A model generated the notes under the pieces. The model was not told the origin of the DNA and made no database searches. It saw only the letters and a list, made by a program, of their open reading frames with translations. This document shows, piece after piece, positions 28,001 to 42,400 of a stretch of 64,000 nt of DNA. This DNA is from Eledone cirrhosa (Eukaryota): contig OZ024741.1 of NCBI GenBank assembly GCA_964016885.1, positions 115,630,001 through 115,694,000 of the forward strand, given 5' to 3'. Position numbers and translations under genes: made by a program. Position 1 is the stretch's first letter. The number at the start of each line of letters is the position of its first letter.

Positions 28001-31000
28001 CTGATAGAAAGTTGTTCTTGGGGTAGGGGTTACATTTGTCATAGAATATACATATAATTCTGACTGAAAGATGTTCTTGAGGTGGGGGTTACATTTGTCA
28101 TAGAATATATATATTACTCTGACTGAAAGATATTATTGAGGTAGGGGTTACAATTGTCATAGAATATAGATATAACTCTGATTGAAAGATACACTTGAGG
28201 TGAGGGTTACATTTCTCATGGAATATAGATATAATTCTGACTGAAAGATGTTCTTGAGGTGGGGTTACATTTATCATAGAATATAGATATAACTCTGAGT
28301 GAAAGATGATCTTGAGGTAGGGGTTACATTTGTGATAGAATATAGATATAACTCTGATCGAAAGATATACTTGAGGTGGGGGTTACATTTGTCATAGAAT
28401 ATAGATATAACTCAGATTGAAAGATGTTCTTGAGGTGACGGTTACATTTGTCATAGAATATAGGTATAACTCTTATTGAAATATTATCTTGAGGTAGGGT
28501 TAACATTTGTCATAGAATATAGATATAACTCTGAGTGAAAGATGTGCTTGAGTTAGGGGGGTTACATTTGTCATAGAATTACAGATATAACTCTGTTTGA
28601 AAGATGTTCTTGTGGTAGGGGTTACATTTGTCATAGAATATAGATATATCTCTGAATGAAAGATGTTCTTGAGGTAAGGGTTACATTTGTCATAGAATAT
28701 AGACATAACCCTGATCGAAAGATGTTCTTGAGGTGGGGGTTACATTTGTCATAGAATATAGATATAACTCTGATTGAAAGATGTGTTTGAGTTAGGGGTT
28801 ACATTTGTCATAGAATATAGATATAACCCTGATTGAAAGATTTTGTTGAGGTGGGGGTTACATTTGTCATAGAATATAGATATAACTCTGATTGAAAGAT
28901 GTTCTTGAGGTGGCGGTTACATTTGTCATAGAATATAGATATAACTCTGATTGAAAGATGTTCTTGAGGTGGGGGTTGCATTTGTCATAGAATATAGTTA
29001 TAACTCTGATTGAAAGATGTTCTAGAGGTGGGGGGTTACATTTGTCATAGAATATAGATATAACCCTGATTGAAAGATGTTCTGGAGGTGGCTTACATTT
29101 GTCATAGAATATAGATATAACTCAGACAAAAAGATGATCTTGAGGTAGGGGTTACATTTGTCATAGAATATAGATGTAACTCTGATTGAAAGATGTTCTT
29201 GGGGTGGGGGTTACATTTGTCATAGAATATAGATGTAACTCTGATTGAAAGATGTCCTTGAGGTGGGGGTTACATTTGTCATAGAATATAGATATAACTC
29301 TGATAGAAAGATGTTCTTGGGGTAGGGGTTACATTTGTCGTAGAATATACATATAATTCTGACTGAAAGATGTTCTTGAGGTGGGGGTTACATTTGTGAT
29401 AGAACATAGATATAACTCTGACTGAAAGATGTTCTTGAGGTGGGGGTTACATTTGTCATAGAATATAGATATAACTCTGATAGAAAGTTGTTCTTGGGGT
29501 CGGGGTTACATTTGTCATAGAATATACATATAATTCTGACTGAAAGATGTTCTTGAGGTGGGGGTTACATTTGTCATAGAATATAGATATAACTCTGATA
29601 GAAAGTTGTTCTTGGGGTAGGGGTTACATTTGTCATAGAATATACATATAATTCTGACTGAAAGATGTTATTGAGGTGGGGGTTACATTTGTCATAGAAT
29701 ATAGATATAACTCTGAGTGAAAGATGTTCTTGAGGTGGGGGTTACATTTGTCATAGAATATAGTTATAACTCTGATTGAAAGATGTTCTTGAGGTGGGGG
29801 TTAAATTTGTCATAGAATATAGATATAACTCTGATAGAAAGATGTTCTTGGGGTAGGAGTTACATTTGTCATAGAATATAGATATAACTGTGATCGAAAG
29901 ATATACTTGAGGTGGGGGTTACATTTGTCATAGAATATAGATATAACTCAGATTGAAAGATGTTCTTGAGGAGACGGTTACATTTGTCATAGAATATAGA
30001 TATAACTCTGATTGAAAGATGTTCTTGAGTTGGGGTTACATTTGTCATAGTTTATAGATATAACCCTGATGGAAAGATGTTCTTGAGGTGGGGGTTACAT
30101 TTGTCATAGAATATAGGTATAACTCTTATTGAAATATTATCTTGAGGTAGGGGTAACATTTGTCATAGAATATAGATATAACTCTGAGTGAAAGATGTGC
30201 TTGAGTTAGGGGGGTTACATTTGTCATAGAATATAGATATAACTCTGATTGAAAGATGTACTTGAAGTAGGGGTTACATTTGTCATAGAATATAGATATA
30301 ACTCTGATTGAAAGATGTTCTTGAGATGGGGGTTACATTTGTCATAGAATATAGATATATCTCTGAATGAAATACGTACTTGAAGTAGGGGTTACATTTG
30401 TCATAGAATATAGATATAACTCTGATTGAAAGATGTTCTTGAGGTGGGGGTTACATTTGTCATAGAATGTAGATATAACTCTGATTGAAAGATGTGGTTG
30501 AGTTAGGGGTTACATTTGTCATAGAATATAGATATAACTCTGATTGAAAGATTTTGTTGAGGTGGGGTTACATTTGTCATAGAATATAGATATAACTCTG
30601 ATTGAAAGATTTTGCTGAGGTGGGGGTTACATTTGTCATAGAATATAGATATAACTCTGATTGAAAGATTTTGTTGAGGTGGGGGTTACATTTGTCATAG
30701 AATATAGATATAACTCTGATAGAAAGATGATCTTGAGGTAGGGGTTACACTTGTCCTAGGATATAGATATAACCTTGATTGAAAGATGTTCTTGAGGTAG
30801 GGGTTACATTTGTCATAGAGTATAGATATAACTCTGTTTGAAAGATGTTCTTGAGATGGGGGTTACATTTGTCATAGAATATAGATATAACTCTGACTGA
30901 ATGATTTGGTTGAGTTAGGGTTACATTTGTCATAGAATATAGATATAACTCTGATTGAAAGATGTTCTTCAGGTGGGGGTTACATTTGTCATAGAACATA

Positions 31001-32964
31001 GATATAACTCTGATTGAAAGGTTTTGTTGAGGTGGGGTTACATTTGTCATAGAATATAGATATAACTCTGACTGAAAGATGTTCTTGCGGTGGGGGTTAC
31101 AATTGTCATAGAATACAGATATCACTCTGATTGAAAGATTATCTTGAGGTAGGGGTTACATTTGTCATAGAATATAGATATAACTCTGATTGAAAGATTT
31201 TGTTGAGGTGGGGGTTACATTTGTCATAGAATATAGATATAACTCTGATAGAAAGATGTGGTTGAGGTGAGGGTTACATTTGTCATAGAATATAGATATA
31301 ACTCTGATAGAAAGATGTTCTTGAGGTGGGGGTTACATTTGTCATAGAATATAGATATAACCCTGATTGAAAGATGTTCTGGAGGTGGGGTTACATTTGT
31401 CATAGAATATAGATATAACTCAGACTAAAAGATTATCTTGAGGTAGGGGTTACATTTGTTATAGAATATAGATATAACCCTGATTGAAAGATATTCTTGA
31501 GGTGGGGGTTACATTTGTCATAGAATATAGATATAACTCTGATTGAAAGATGTTCTTGAGGTGGGGGTTACAATTGTCATAGAATATAGATATAACTCTG
31601 ATTGAAAGATGTTCTTGAGGTAGGGGTTACATTTGTCATAGAATATAGATATAACTCTGATAGAAAGATGTTCTTGGGGTAGGGGTTACATTTGTCATAG
31701 AATATACATATAATTCTGACTGAAAGATGTTCTTGAGGTGGGGGTTACATTTGTCATAGAATATAGATATAACTCTGAGTGAAAGATGTTCTTGAGGTGG
31801 GGGTTACATTTGTCATAGAATATACATATAATTCTGACTGAAAAATCTTCTTGAGGTGGGGGTTACATTTGACATAGAATATAGATATAACTCTGATAGA
31901 AAGATGTTCTTGGGGTAGGGGTTACATTTGTCATAGAATATACATATAATTCTGACTGAAAGATGTTCTTGAGGTGGGGGTTACATTTGTCATAGAATAT
32001 AGATATAACTCAGATTGAAAGATGTGGTTGAGGTGGGGGTTACATTCGTCATAGAATATACATATAATTCTGACTGAAAGATGTTCTTGAGGTGGGGGTT
32101 ACATTTGTCATAAAATATAGATATAACTCTGTTTGAAAGATGTGGTTGAGGTGGGGGTTACATTCGTCATAGAATATAGATATAACCCTGACTGAAAGAT
32201 GTTCTTGAGGTGGGGGTTACATTTGTCATAGAATATAGATATAACTCTGATAGAAAGATGTTCTTGGGGTAGGGATTACATTTGTCATAGAATATAGATA
32301 TAACTCTGATAGAAAGATGATCTTGAGGTGGGGGTTACATTTGTCATAGAATATAGATATAACTCTGACTGAGAAGATGTTCTTGAGGTGGGGGTTACAT
32401 TTGTCATAGAATATAGATATAACTCTGATAGAAAGATGTTCTTGGGGTAGGGGTTACATTTGTCATAGAATATATATATAACTCTGTTTGAAAGATGTTT
32501 TGAGGTGGGGGTTACATTTGTCATAGAATATAGATATAACTCTGACTGAAAGATATTATTGAGGTAGGGGTTACAATTGTCATAGAATATAGATATAACT
32601 CTGATCGAAAGATATGCTTGAGGTGGGGGTTACATTTGTCATAGAATATAGATATAACTCAGATTGAAAGATGTTCTTGAGGTGAGGGTTACATTTCTCA
32701 TGGAATATAGATATAACTCTGATTGAAAGATGTTCTTGAGTTGGGGTTACATTTGTCATAGGATATAGATATAACCCTGATGGAAAGATGTTCTTGATGT
32801 GGGGGTTACATTTGTCATAGAATATAGATATCATTCTGATTGAAAGATTTTGTTGAGGTAGGGGTTACATTTGTCATAGAATATAGATATAACTCTGATT
32901 GAAAGATTTTGTTGAGGTGGGGGTTACATTTGTCATAGAATATAGATATAACTCTGATAGAAAG
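22067..32964 (+). repeat. Higher-order duplication with ~6.25 kb period (~106 monomers)
   Basis: gtgatag at 22084/28332 (+6248) and ggtcgggg with C at 23252/29501 (+6249). ORF pairs 24555/30745 (+6190) and 26271/32580 (+6309) show the offset changing in whole-monomer steps. Confidence 0.88.
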
Positions 32965-35900
32965 TTGTTCTTGGGGTCGGGGTTACATTTGTCATAGAAT
33001 ATACATATAATTCTGACTGAAAGATGTTCTTGAGGTGGGGGTTACATTTGTCATAGAATATAGATATAACTCTGATAGAAAGTTGTTCTTGGGGTAGGGG
33101 TTACATTTGTCATAGAATATACATATAATTCTGACTGAAAGATGTTATTGAGGTGGGGGTTACATTTGTCATAGAATATAGATATAACTCTGAGTGAAAG
33201 ATGTTCTTGAGGTGGGGGTTACATTTGTCATAGAATATAGTTATAACTCTGATTGAAAGATGTTCTTGAGGTGGGGGTTAAATTTGTCATAGAATATAGA
33301 TATAACTCTGATAGAAAGATGTTCTTGGGGTAGGAGTTACATTTGTCATAGAATATAGATATAACTGTGATCGAAAGATATACTTGAGGTGGGGGTTACA
33401 TTTGTCATAGAATATAGATATAACTCAGATTGAAAGATGTTCTTGAGGAGACGGTTACATTTGTCATAGAATATAGATATAACTCTGATTGAAAGATGTT
33501 CTTGAGTTGGGGTTACATTTGTCATAGTTTATAGATATAACCCTGATGGAAAGATGTTCTTGAGGTGGGGGTTACATTTGTCATAGAATATAGGTATAAC
33601 TCTTATTGAAATATTATCTTGAGGTAGGGGTAACATTTGTCATAGAATATAGATATAACTCTGAGTGAAAGATGTGCTTGAGTTAGGGGGGTTACATTTG
33701 TCATAGAATATAGATATAACTCTGATTGAAAGATGTACTTGAAGTAGGGGTTACATTTGTCATAGAATATAGATATAACTCTGATTGAAAGATGTTCTTG
33801 AGATGGGGGTTACATTTGTCATAGAATATAGATATATCTCTGAATGAAATACGTACTTGAAGTAGGGGTTACATTTGTCATAGAATATAGATATAACTCT
33901 GATTGAAAGATGTTCTTGAGGTGGGGGTTACATTTGTCATAGAATGTAGATATAACTCTGATTGAAAGATGTGGTTGAGTTAGGGGTTACATTTGTCATA
34001 GAATATAGATATAACTCTGATTGAAAGATTTTGTTGAGGTGGGGTTACATTTGTCATAGAATATAGATATAACTCTGATTGAAAGATTTTGCTGAGGTGG
34101 GGGTTACATTTGTCATAGAATATAGATATAACTCTGATTGAAAGATTTTGTTGAGGTGGGGGTTACATTTGTCATAGAATATAGATATAACTCTGATAGA
34201 AAGATGATCTTGAGGTAGGGGTTACACTTGTCCTAGGATATAGATATAACCTTGATTGAAAGATGTTCTTGAGGTAGGGGTTACATTTGTCATAGAGTAT
34301 AGATATAACTCTGTTTGAAAGATGTTCTTGAGATGGGGGTTACATTTGTCATAGAATATAGATATAACTCTGACTGAATGATTTGGTTGAGTTAGGGTTA
34401 CATTTGTCATAGAATATAGATATAACTCTGATTGAAAGATGTTCTTCAGGTGGGGGTTACATTTGTCATAGAACATAGATATAACTCTGATTGAAAGGTT
34501 TTGTTGAGGTGGGGTTACATTTGTCATAGAATATAGATATAACTCTGACTGAAAGATGTTCTTGCGGTGGGGGTTACAATTGTCATAGAATACAGATATC
34601 ACTCTGATTGAAAGATTATCTTGAGGTAGGGGTTACATTTGTCATAGAATATAGATATAACTCTGATTGAAAGATTTTGTTGAGGTGGGGGTTACATTTG
34701 TCATAGAATATAGATATAACTCTGATAGAAAGATGTGGTTGAGGTGAGGGTTACATTTGTCATAGAATATAGATATAACTCTGATAGAAAGATGTTCTTG
34801 AGGTGGGGGTTACATTTGTCATAGAATATAGATATAACCCTGATTGAAAGATGTTCTGGAGGTGGGGTTACATTTGTCATAGAATATAGATATAACTCAG
34901 ACTAAAAGATTATCTTGAGGTAGGGGTTACATTTGTTATAGAATATAGATATAACCCTGATTGAAAGATATTCTTGAGGTGGGGGTTACATTTGTCATAG
35001 AATATAGATATAACTCTGATTGAAAGATGTTCTTGAGGTGGGGGTTACAATTGTCATAGAATATAGATATAACTCTGATTGAAAGATGTTCTTGAGGTAG
35101 GGGTTACATTTGTCATAGAATATAGATATAACTCTGATAGAAAGATGTTCTTGGGGTAGGGGTTACATTTGTCATAGAATATACATATAATTCTGACTGA
35201 AAGATGTTCTTGAGGTGGGGGTTACATTTGTCATAGAATATAGATATAACTCTGAGTGAAAGATGTTCTTGAGGTGGGGGTTACATTTGTCATAGAATAT
35301 ACATATAATTCTGACTGAAAAATCTTCTTGAGGTGGGGGTTACATTTGACATAGAATATAGATATAACTCTGATAGAAAGATGTTCTTGGGGTAGGGGTT
35401 ACATTTGTCATAGAATATACATATAATTCTGACTGAAAGATGTTCTTGAGGTGGGGGTTACATTTGTCATAGAATATAGATATAACTCAGATTGAAAGAT
35501 GTGGTTGAGGTGGGGGTTACATTCGTCATAGAATATACATATAATTCTGACTGAAAGATGTTCTTGAGGTGGGGGTTACATTTGTCATAAAATATAGATA
35601 TAACTCTGTTTGAAAGATGTGGTTGAGGTGGGGGTTACATTCGTCATAGAATATAGATATAACCCTGACTGAAAGATGTTCTTGAGGTGGGGGTTACATT
35701 TGTCATAGAATATAGATATAACTCTGATAGAAAGATGTTCTTGGGGTAGGGATTACATTTGTCATAGAATATAGATATAACTCTGATAGAAAGATGATCT
35801 TGAGGTGGGGGTTACATTTGTCATAGAATATAGATATAACTCTGACTGAGAAGATGTTCTTGAGGTGGGGGTTACATTTGTCATAGAATATAGATATAAC

Positions 35901-36441
35901 TCTGATAGAAAGATGTTCTTGGGGTAGGGGTTACATTTGTCATAGAATATATATATAACTCTGTTTGAAAGATGTTTTGAGGTGGGGGTTACATTTGTCA
36001 TAGAATATAGATATAACTCTGACTGAAAGATATTATTGAGGTAGGGGTTACAATTGTCATAGAATATAGATATAACTCTGATCGAAAGATATGCTTGAGG
36101 TGGGGGTTACATTTGTCATAGAATATAGATATAACTCAGATTGAAAGATGTTCTTGAGGTGAGGGTTACATTTCTCATGGAATATAGATATAACTCTGAT
36201 TGAAAGATGTTCTTGAGTTGGGGTTACATTTGTCATAGGATATAGATATAACCCTGATGGAAAGATGTTCTTGATGTGGGGGTTACATTTGTCATAGAAT
36301 ATAGATATCATTCTGATTGAAAGATTTTGTTGAGGTAGGGGTTACATTTGTCATAGAATATAGATATAACTCTGATTGAAAGATTTTGTTGAGGTGGGGG
36401 TTACATTTGTCATAGAATATAGATATAACTCTGATAGAAAG
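29435..36441 (+). repeat. Near-perfect tandem duplication, period 3477 bp (59 monomers)
   Basis: Identical ORF translations at 30745/34222, 32285/35762 and 32580/36057 are all +3477, as is the ggtcgggg marker at 29501/32978. Confidence 0.93.
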
Positions 36442-39400
36442 ATGTTCTTGAGGTGGGGGTTACATTTGTCATAGAATATAGATATAACCCTGATTGAAAG
36501 ATGTTCCGGAGGTGGGGTTACATTTGTCATAGAATATAGTTATAACTCAGACTAAAAGATTATCTTGAGGTAGGGTTTACATTTGTTATAGAATATAGAT
36601 ATAACCCTGATTGAAAGATGTTCTTGAGGTGTTGGTTACATTTGTCATAGAATATAGATATAACTCTGATAGAAAGATGTTCTTGAGGTGGGGGTTACAT
36701 TTGTCATAGAATATAGATATAACTCTGATTGAAAGATGTTCTTGAGGTGGAGGTTACATTTGTCATAGAATATAGATATAACTCTAATTGAAAGATGTTC
36801 TTGAGTTGGGGGTTACATTTGTCATAGAATATAGATATAACTCTGATTGAAAGATGTTCTTGAGGTGGGGGTTACAATTGTCATAGAATATAGATATAAC
36901 TCTGATTGAAAGATGTTCTTGATGTGGGCGTTACATTTGTCATAGAATATAGATATAACCCAGAATGAAAGATGTTCTTGAGGTGGGGGTTACATTTGTA
37001 ATAGAATATAGATATAACTCTGATTGAAAGATGTTCTTGAGGTGGTAGTTACATTTGTCATAGAATATAGATATAACTCTGATTGAAAGATGTTCTTGAG
37101 GTGGGGGTTACATTTGTCATAGAATATACATATAATTCTGACTGAAAAATGTTCTTGAGGTGGGGGTTACATTTGTCATAGAATATAGATATAACTCTGA
37201 TAGAAAGATGTTCTTGGGGTAGGGGTTATATTTGTCGTAGAATATACATATAATTCTGACTGAAAGATGTTCTTGAGGTGGGGGTTACATTTGTCATAGA
37301 ATATAGTTATAACTCTGAGTGAAAGATGTTCTTGAGGTGGGGGTTACATTTGTCATAGAATATAGATACAACTCTGATAGAAACATGTTCTTGGGGTAGG
37401 GGTTACATTTGTCATAGAATATACATATAATTCTGACTGAAAGATGTTCTTGAGGTGGGGGTTACATTTGTCATAGAACATAGATATAACTCTGACTGAA
37501 AGATGTTCTTGAGGTGGGGGTTACATTTGTCATAGAATATAGATATAACTCTGATAGAAAGATGTTATTGGGGTAGGGGTTACATTTGTCATAGAATATA
37601 GATATAACTCTGATAGAAAGTTGTTCTTGGGGTAGGGGTTACATTTGTCATAGAATATACATATAATTCTGACTGAAAGATGTTCTTGAGGTGGGGGTTA
37701 CATTTGTCATAGAACATAGATATAACTCTGACTGAAAGATGTTCTTGAGGTGGGTGTTACATTTGTCATAGAATATAGATATAACTCTGATAGAAAGTTG
37801 TTCTTGGGGTAGGGGTTACATTTGTCATAGAATATACATATAATTCTGACTGAAAGATGTTCTTGAGGTGGGGGTTACATTTGTCATAGAATATATATAT
37901 TACTCTGACTGAAAGATATTATTGAGGTAGGGGTTACAATTGTCATAGAATATAGATATAACTCTGATCGAAAGATATACTTGAGGTGGGGTTACATTTG
38001 TCATAGAATATAGATATAACTCTGATTGAAAGATACACTTGAGGTGAGGGTTACATTTCTCATGGAATATAGATATAATTCTGACTGAAAGATGTTCTTG
38101 AGGTGGGGGTTACATTTATCATAGAATATAGATATAACTCTGAGTGAAAGATGATCTTGAGGTAGGGGTTACACTTGTCCTAGGATATAGATATAACCTT
38201 GATTGAAAGATGTTCTTGAGGTAGGGGTTACATTTGTCATAGAGTATAGATATAACTCTGTTTGAAAGATATTCTTGAGATGGGGGTTACATTTGTCATA
38301 GAATATAGATATAACTCTGATTGAATGATTTGGTTGAGTTAGGGTTACATTTGTCATAGAATATAGATATAACTCTGATTGAAAGATGTTCTTCAGGTGG
38401 GGGTTACATTTGTCATAGAACATAGATATAACTCTGATTGAAAGGTTTTGTTGAGGTGGGGTTACATTTGTCATAGAATATAGATATAACTCTGACTGAA
38501 AGATGTTCTTGAGGTGGGGGTTACAATTGTCATAGAATACAGATATCACTCTGATTGAAAGATTATCTTGAGGTAGGGGTTACATTTGTCATAGAATATA
38601 GATATAACTCTGATTGAATGATTTTGTTGAGGTGGGGGTTACATTTGTCATAGAATATAGATATAACTCTGATAGAAAGATGTGGTTGAGGTGAGGGTTA
38701 CATTTGTCATAGAATATAGATATAACTCTGATAGAAAGATGTTCTTGAGGTGGGGGTTACATTTGTCATAGAATATAGATATAACCCTGATTGAAAGATG
38801 TTCTGGAGGTGGGGTTACATTTGTCATAGAATATAGATATAACTCAGACTAAAAGATTATCTTGAGGTAGGGGTTACATTTGTTATAGAATATAGATATA
38901 ACCCTGATTGAAAGATGTTCTTGAGGTGGGGGTTACATTTGTCATAGAATATAGATATAACTCTGATTGAAAGATGTTCTTGAGGTGGGGGTTACAATTG
39001 TCATAGAATATAGATATAACTCTGATTGAAAGATGTTCTTGAGGTAGGGGTTACATTTGTCATAGAATATAGATATAACTCTGATAGAAAGATGTTCTTG
39101 GGGTAGGGGTTACATTTGTCATAGAGTATAGATATAACTCTGTTTGAAAGATGTTCTTGAGATGGGGGTTACATTTGTCATAGAATATAGATATAACTCT
39201 GACTGAATGATTTGGTTGAGTTAGGGTTACATTTGTCATAGAATATAGATATAACTCTGATTGAAAGATGTTCTTCAGGTGGGGGTTACATTTGTCATAG
39301 AACATAGATATAACTCTGATTGAAAGGTTTTGTTGAGGTGGGGTTACATTTGTCATAGAATATAGATATAACTCTGACTGAAAGATGTTCTTGCGGTGGG

Positions 39401-42400
39401 GGTTACAATTGTCATAGAATACAGATATCACTCTGATTGAAAGATTATCTTGAGGTAGGGGTTACATTTGTCATAGAATATAGATATAACTCTGATTGAA
39501 AGATTTTGTTGAGGTGGGGGTTACATTTGTCATAGAATATAGATATAACTCTGATAGAAAGATGTGGTTGAGGTGAGGGTTACATTTGTCATAGAATATA
39601 GATATAACTCTGATAGAAAGATGTTCTTGAGGTGGGGGTTACATTTGTCATAGAATATAGATATAACCCTGATTGAAAGATGTTCTGGAGGTGGGGTTAC
39701 ATTTGTCATAGAATATAGATATAACTCAGACTAAAAGATTATCTTGAGGTAGGGGTTACATTTGTTATAGAATATAGATATAACCCTGATTGAAAGATAT
39801 TCTTGAGGTGGGGGTTACATTTGTCATAGAATATAGATATAACTCTGATTGAAAGATGTTCTTGAGGTGGGGGTTACAATTGTCATAGAATATAGATATA
39901 ACTCTGATTGAAAGATGTTCTTGAGGTAGGGGTTACATTTGTCATAGAATATAGATATAACTCTGATAGAAAGATGTTCTTGGGGTAGGGGTTACATTTG
40001 TCATAGAATATACATATAATTCTGACTGAAAGATGTTCTTGAGGTGGGGGTTACATTTGTCATAGAATATAGATATAACTCTGAGTGAAAGATGTTCTTG
40101 AGGTGGGGGTTACATTTGTCATAGAATATACATATAATTCTGACTGAAAAATCTTCTTGAGGTGGGGGTTACATTTGACATAGAATATAGATATAACTCT
40201 GATAGAAAGATGTTCTTGGGGTAGGGGTTACATTTGTCATAGAATATACATATAATTCTGACTGAAAGATGTTCTTGAGGTGGGGGTTACATTTGTCATA
40301 GAATATAGATATAACTCAGATTGAAAGATGTGGTTGAGGTGGGGGTTACATTCGTCATAGAATATACATATAATTCTGACTGAAAGATGTTCTTGAGGTG
40401 GGGGTTACATTTGTCATAAAATATAGATATAACTCTGTTTGAAAGATGTGGTTGAGGTGGGGGTTACATTCGTCATAGAATATAGATATAACCCTGACTG
40501 AAAGATGTTCTTGAGGTGGGGGTTACATTTGTCATAGAATATAGATATAACTCTGATAGAAAGATGTTCTTGGGGTAGGGATTACATTTGTCATAGAATA
40601 TAGATATAACTCTGATAGAAAGATGATCTTGAGGTGGGGGTTACATTTGTCATAGAATATAGATATAACTCTGACTGAGAAGATGTTCTTGAGGTGGGGG
40701 TTACATTTGTCATAGAATATAGATATAACTCTGATAGAAAGATGTTCTTGGGGTAGGGGTTACATTTGTCATAGAATATATATATAACTCTGTTTGAAAG
40801 ATGTTTTGAGGTGGGGGTTACATTTGTCATAGAATATAGATATAACTCTGACTGAAAGATATTATTGAGGTAGGGGTTACAATTGTCATAGAATATAGAT
40901 ATAACTCTGATCGAAAGATATGCTTGAGGTGGGGGTTACATTTGTCATAGAATATAGATATAACTCAGATTGAAAGATGTTCTTGAGGTGAGGGTTACAT
41001 TTCTCATGGAATATAGATATAACTCTGATTGAAAGATGTTCTTGAGTTGGGGTTACATTTGTCATAGGATATAGATATAACCCTGATGGAAAGATGTTCT
41101 TGATGTGGGGGTTACATTTGTCATAGAATATAGATATCATTCTGATTGAAAGATTTTGTTGAGGTAGGGGTTACATTTGTCATAGAATATAGATATAACT
41201 CTGATTGAAAGATTTTGTTGAGGTGGGGGTTACATTTGTCATAGAATATAGATATAACTCTGATAGAAAGTTGTTCTTGGGGTCGGGGTTACATTTGTCA
41301 TAGAATATACATATAATTCTGACTGAAAGATGTTCTTGAGGTGGGGGTTACATTTGTCATAGAATATAGATATAACTCTGATAGAAAGTTGTTCTTGGGG
41401 TAGGGGTTACATTTGTCATAGAATATACATATAATTCTGACTGAAAGATGTTATTGAGGTGGGGGTTACATTTGTCATAGAATATAGATATAACTCTGAG
41501 TGAAAGATGTTCTTGAGGTGGGGGTTACATTTGTCATAGAATATAGTTATAACTCTGATTGAAAGATGTTCTTGAGGTGGGGGTTAAATTTGTCATAGAA
41601 TATAGATATAACTCTGATAGAAAGATGTTCTTGGGGTAGGAGTTACATTTGTCATAGAATATAGATATAACTGTGATCGAAAGATATACTTGAGGTGGGG
41701 GTTACATTTGTCATAGAATATAGATATAACTCAGATTGAAAGATGTTCTTGAGGAGACGGTTACATTTGTCATAGAATATAGATATAACTCTGATTGAAA
41801 GATGTTCTTGAGTTGGGGTTACATTTGTCATAGTTTATAGATATAACCCTGATGGAAAGATGTTCTTGAGGTGGGGGTTACATTTGTCATAGAATATAGG
41901 TATAACTCTTATTGAAATATTATCTTGAGGTAGGGGTAACATTTGTCATAGAATATAGATATAACTCTGAGTGAAAGATGTGCTTGAGTTAGGGGGGTTA
42001 CATTTGTCATAGAATATAGATATAACTCTGATTGAAAGATGTACTTGAAGTAGGGGTTACATTTGTCATAGAATATAGATATAACTCTGATTGAAAGATG
42101 TTCTTGAGATGGGGGTTACATTTGTCATAGAATATAGATATATCTCTGAATGAAATACGTACTTGAAGTAGGGGTTACATTTGTCATAGAATATAGATAT
42201 AACTCTGATTGAAAGATGTTCTTGAGGTGGGGGTTACATTTGTCATAGAATGTAGATATAACTCTGATTGAAAGATGTGGTTGAGTTAGGGGTTACATTT
42301 GTCATAGAATATAGATATAACTCTGATTGAAAGATTTTGTTGAGGTGGGGTTACATTTGTCATAGAATATAGATATAACTCTGATTGAAAGATTTTGCTG

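Noticed and set aside
29435-36441. HOR of 59 monomers of 59 bp as a meaningful number
   Set aside because: Other periods are 5, 6, 15, 20, 28, 34, 46, 56, 82 and ~106 monomers, so no period is preferred and this is coincidence.
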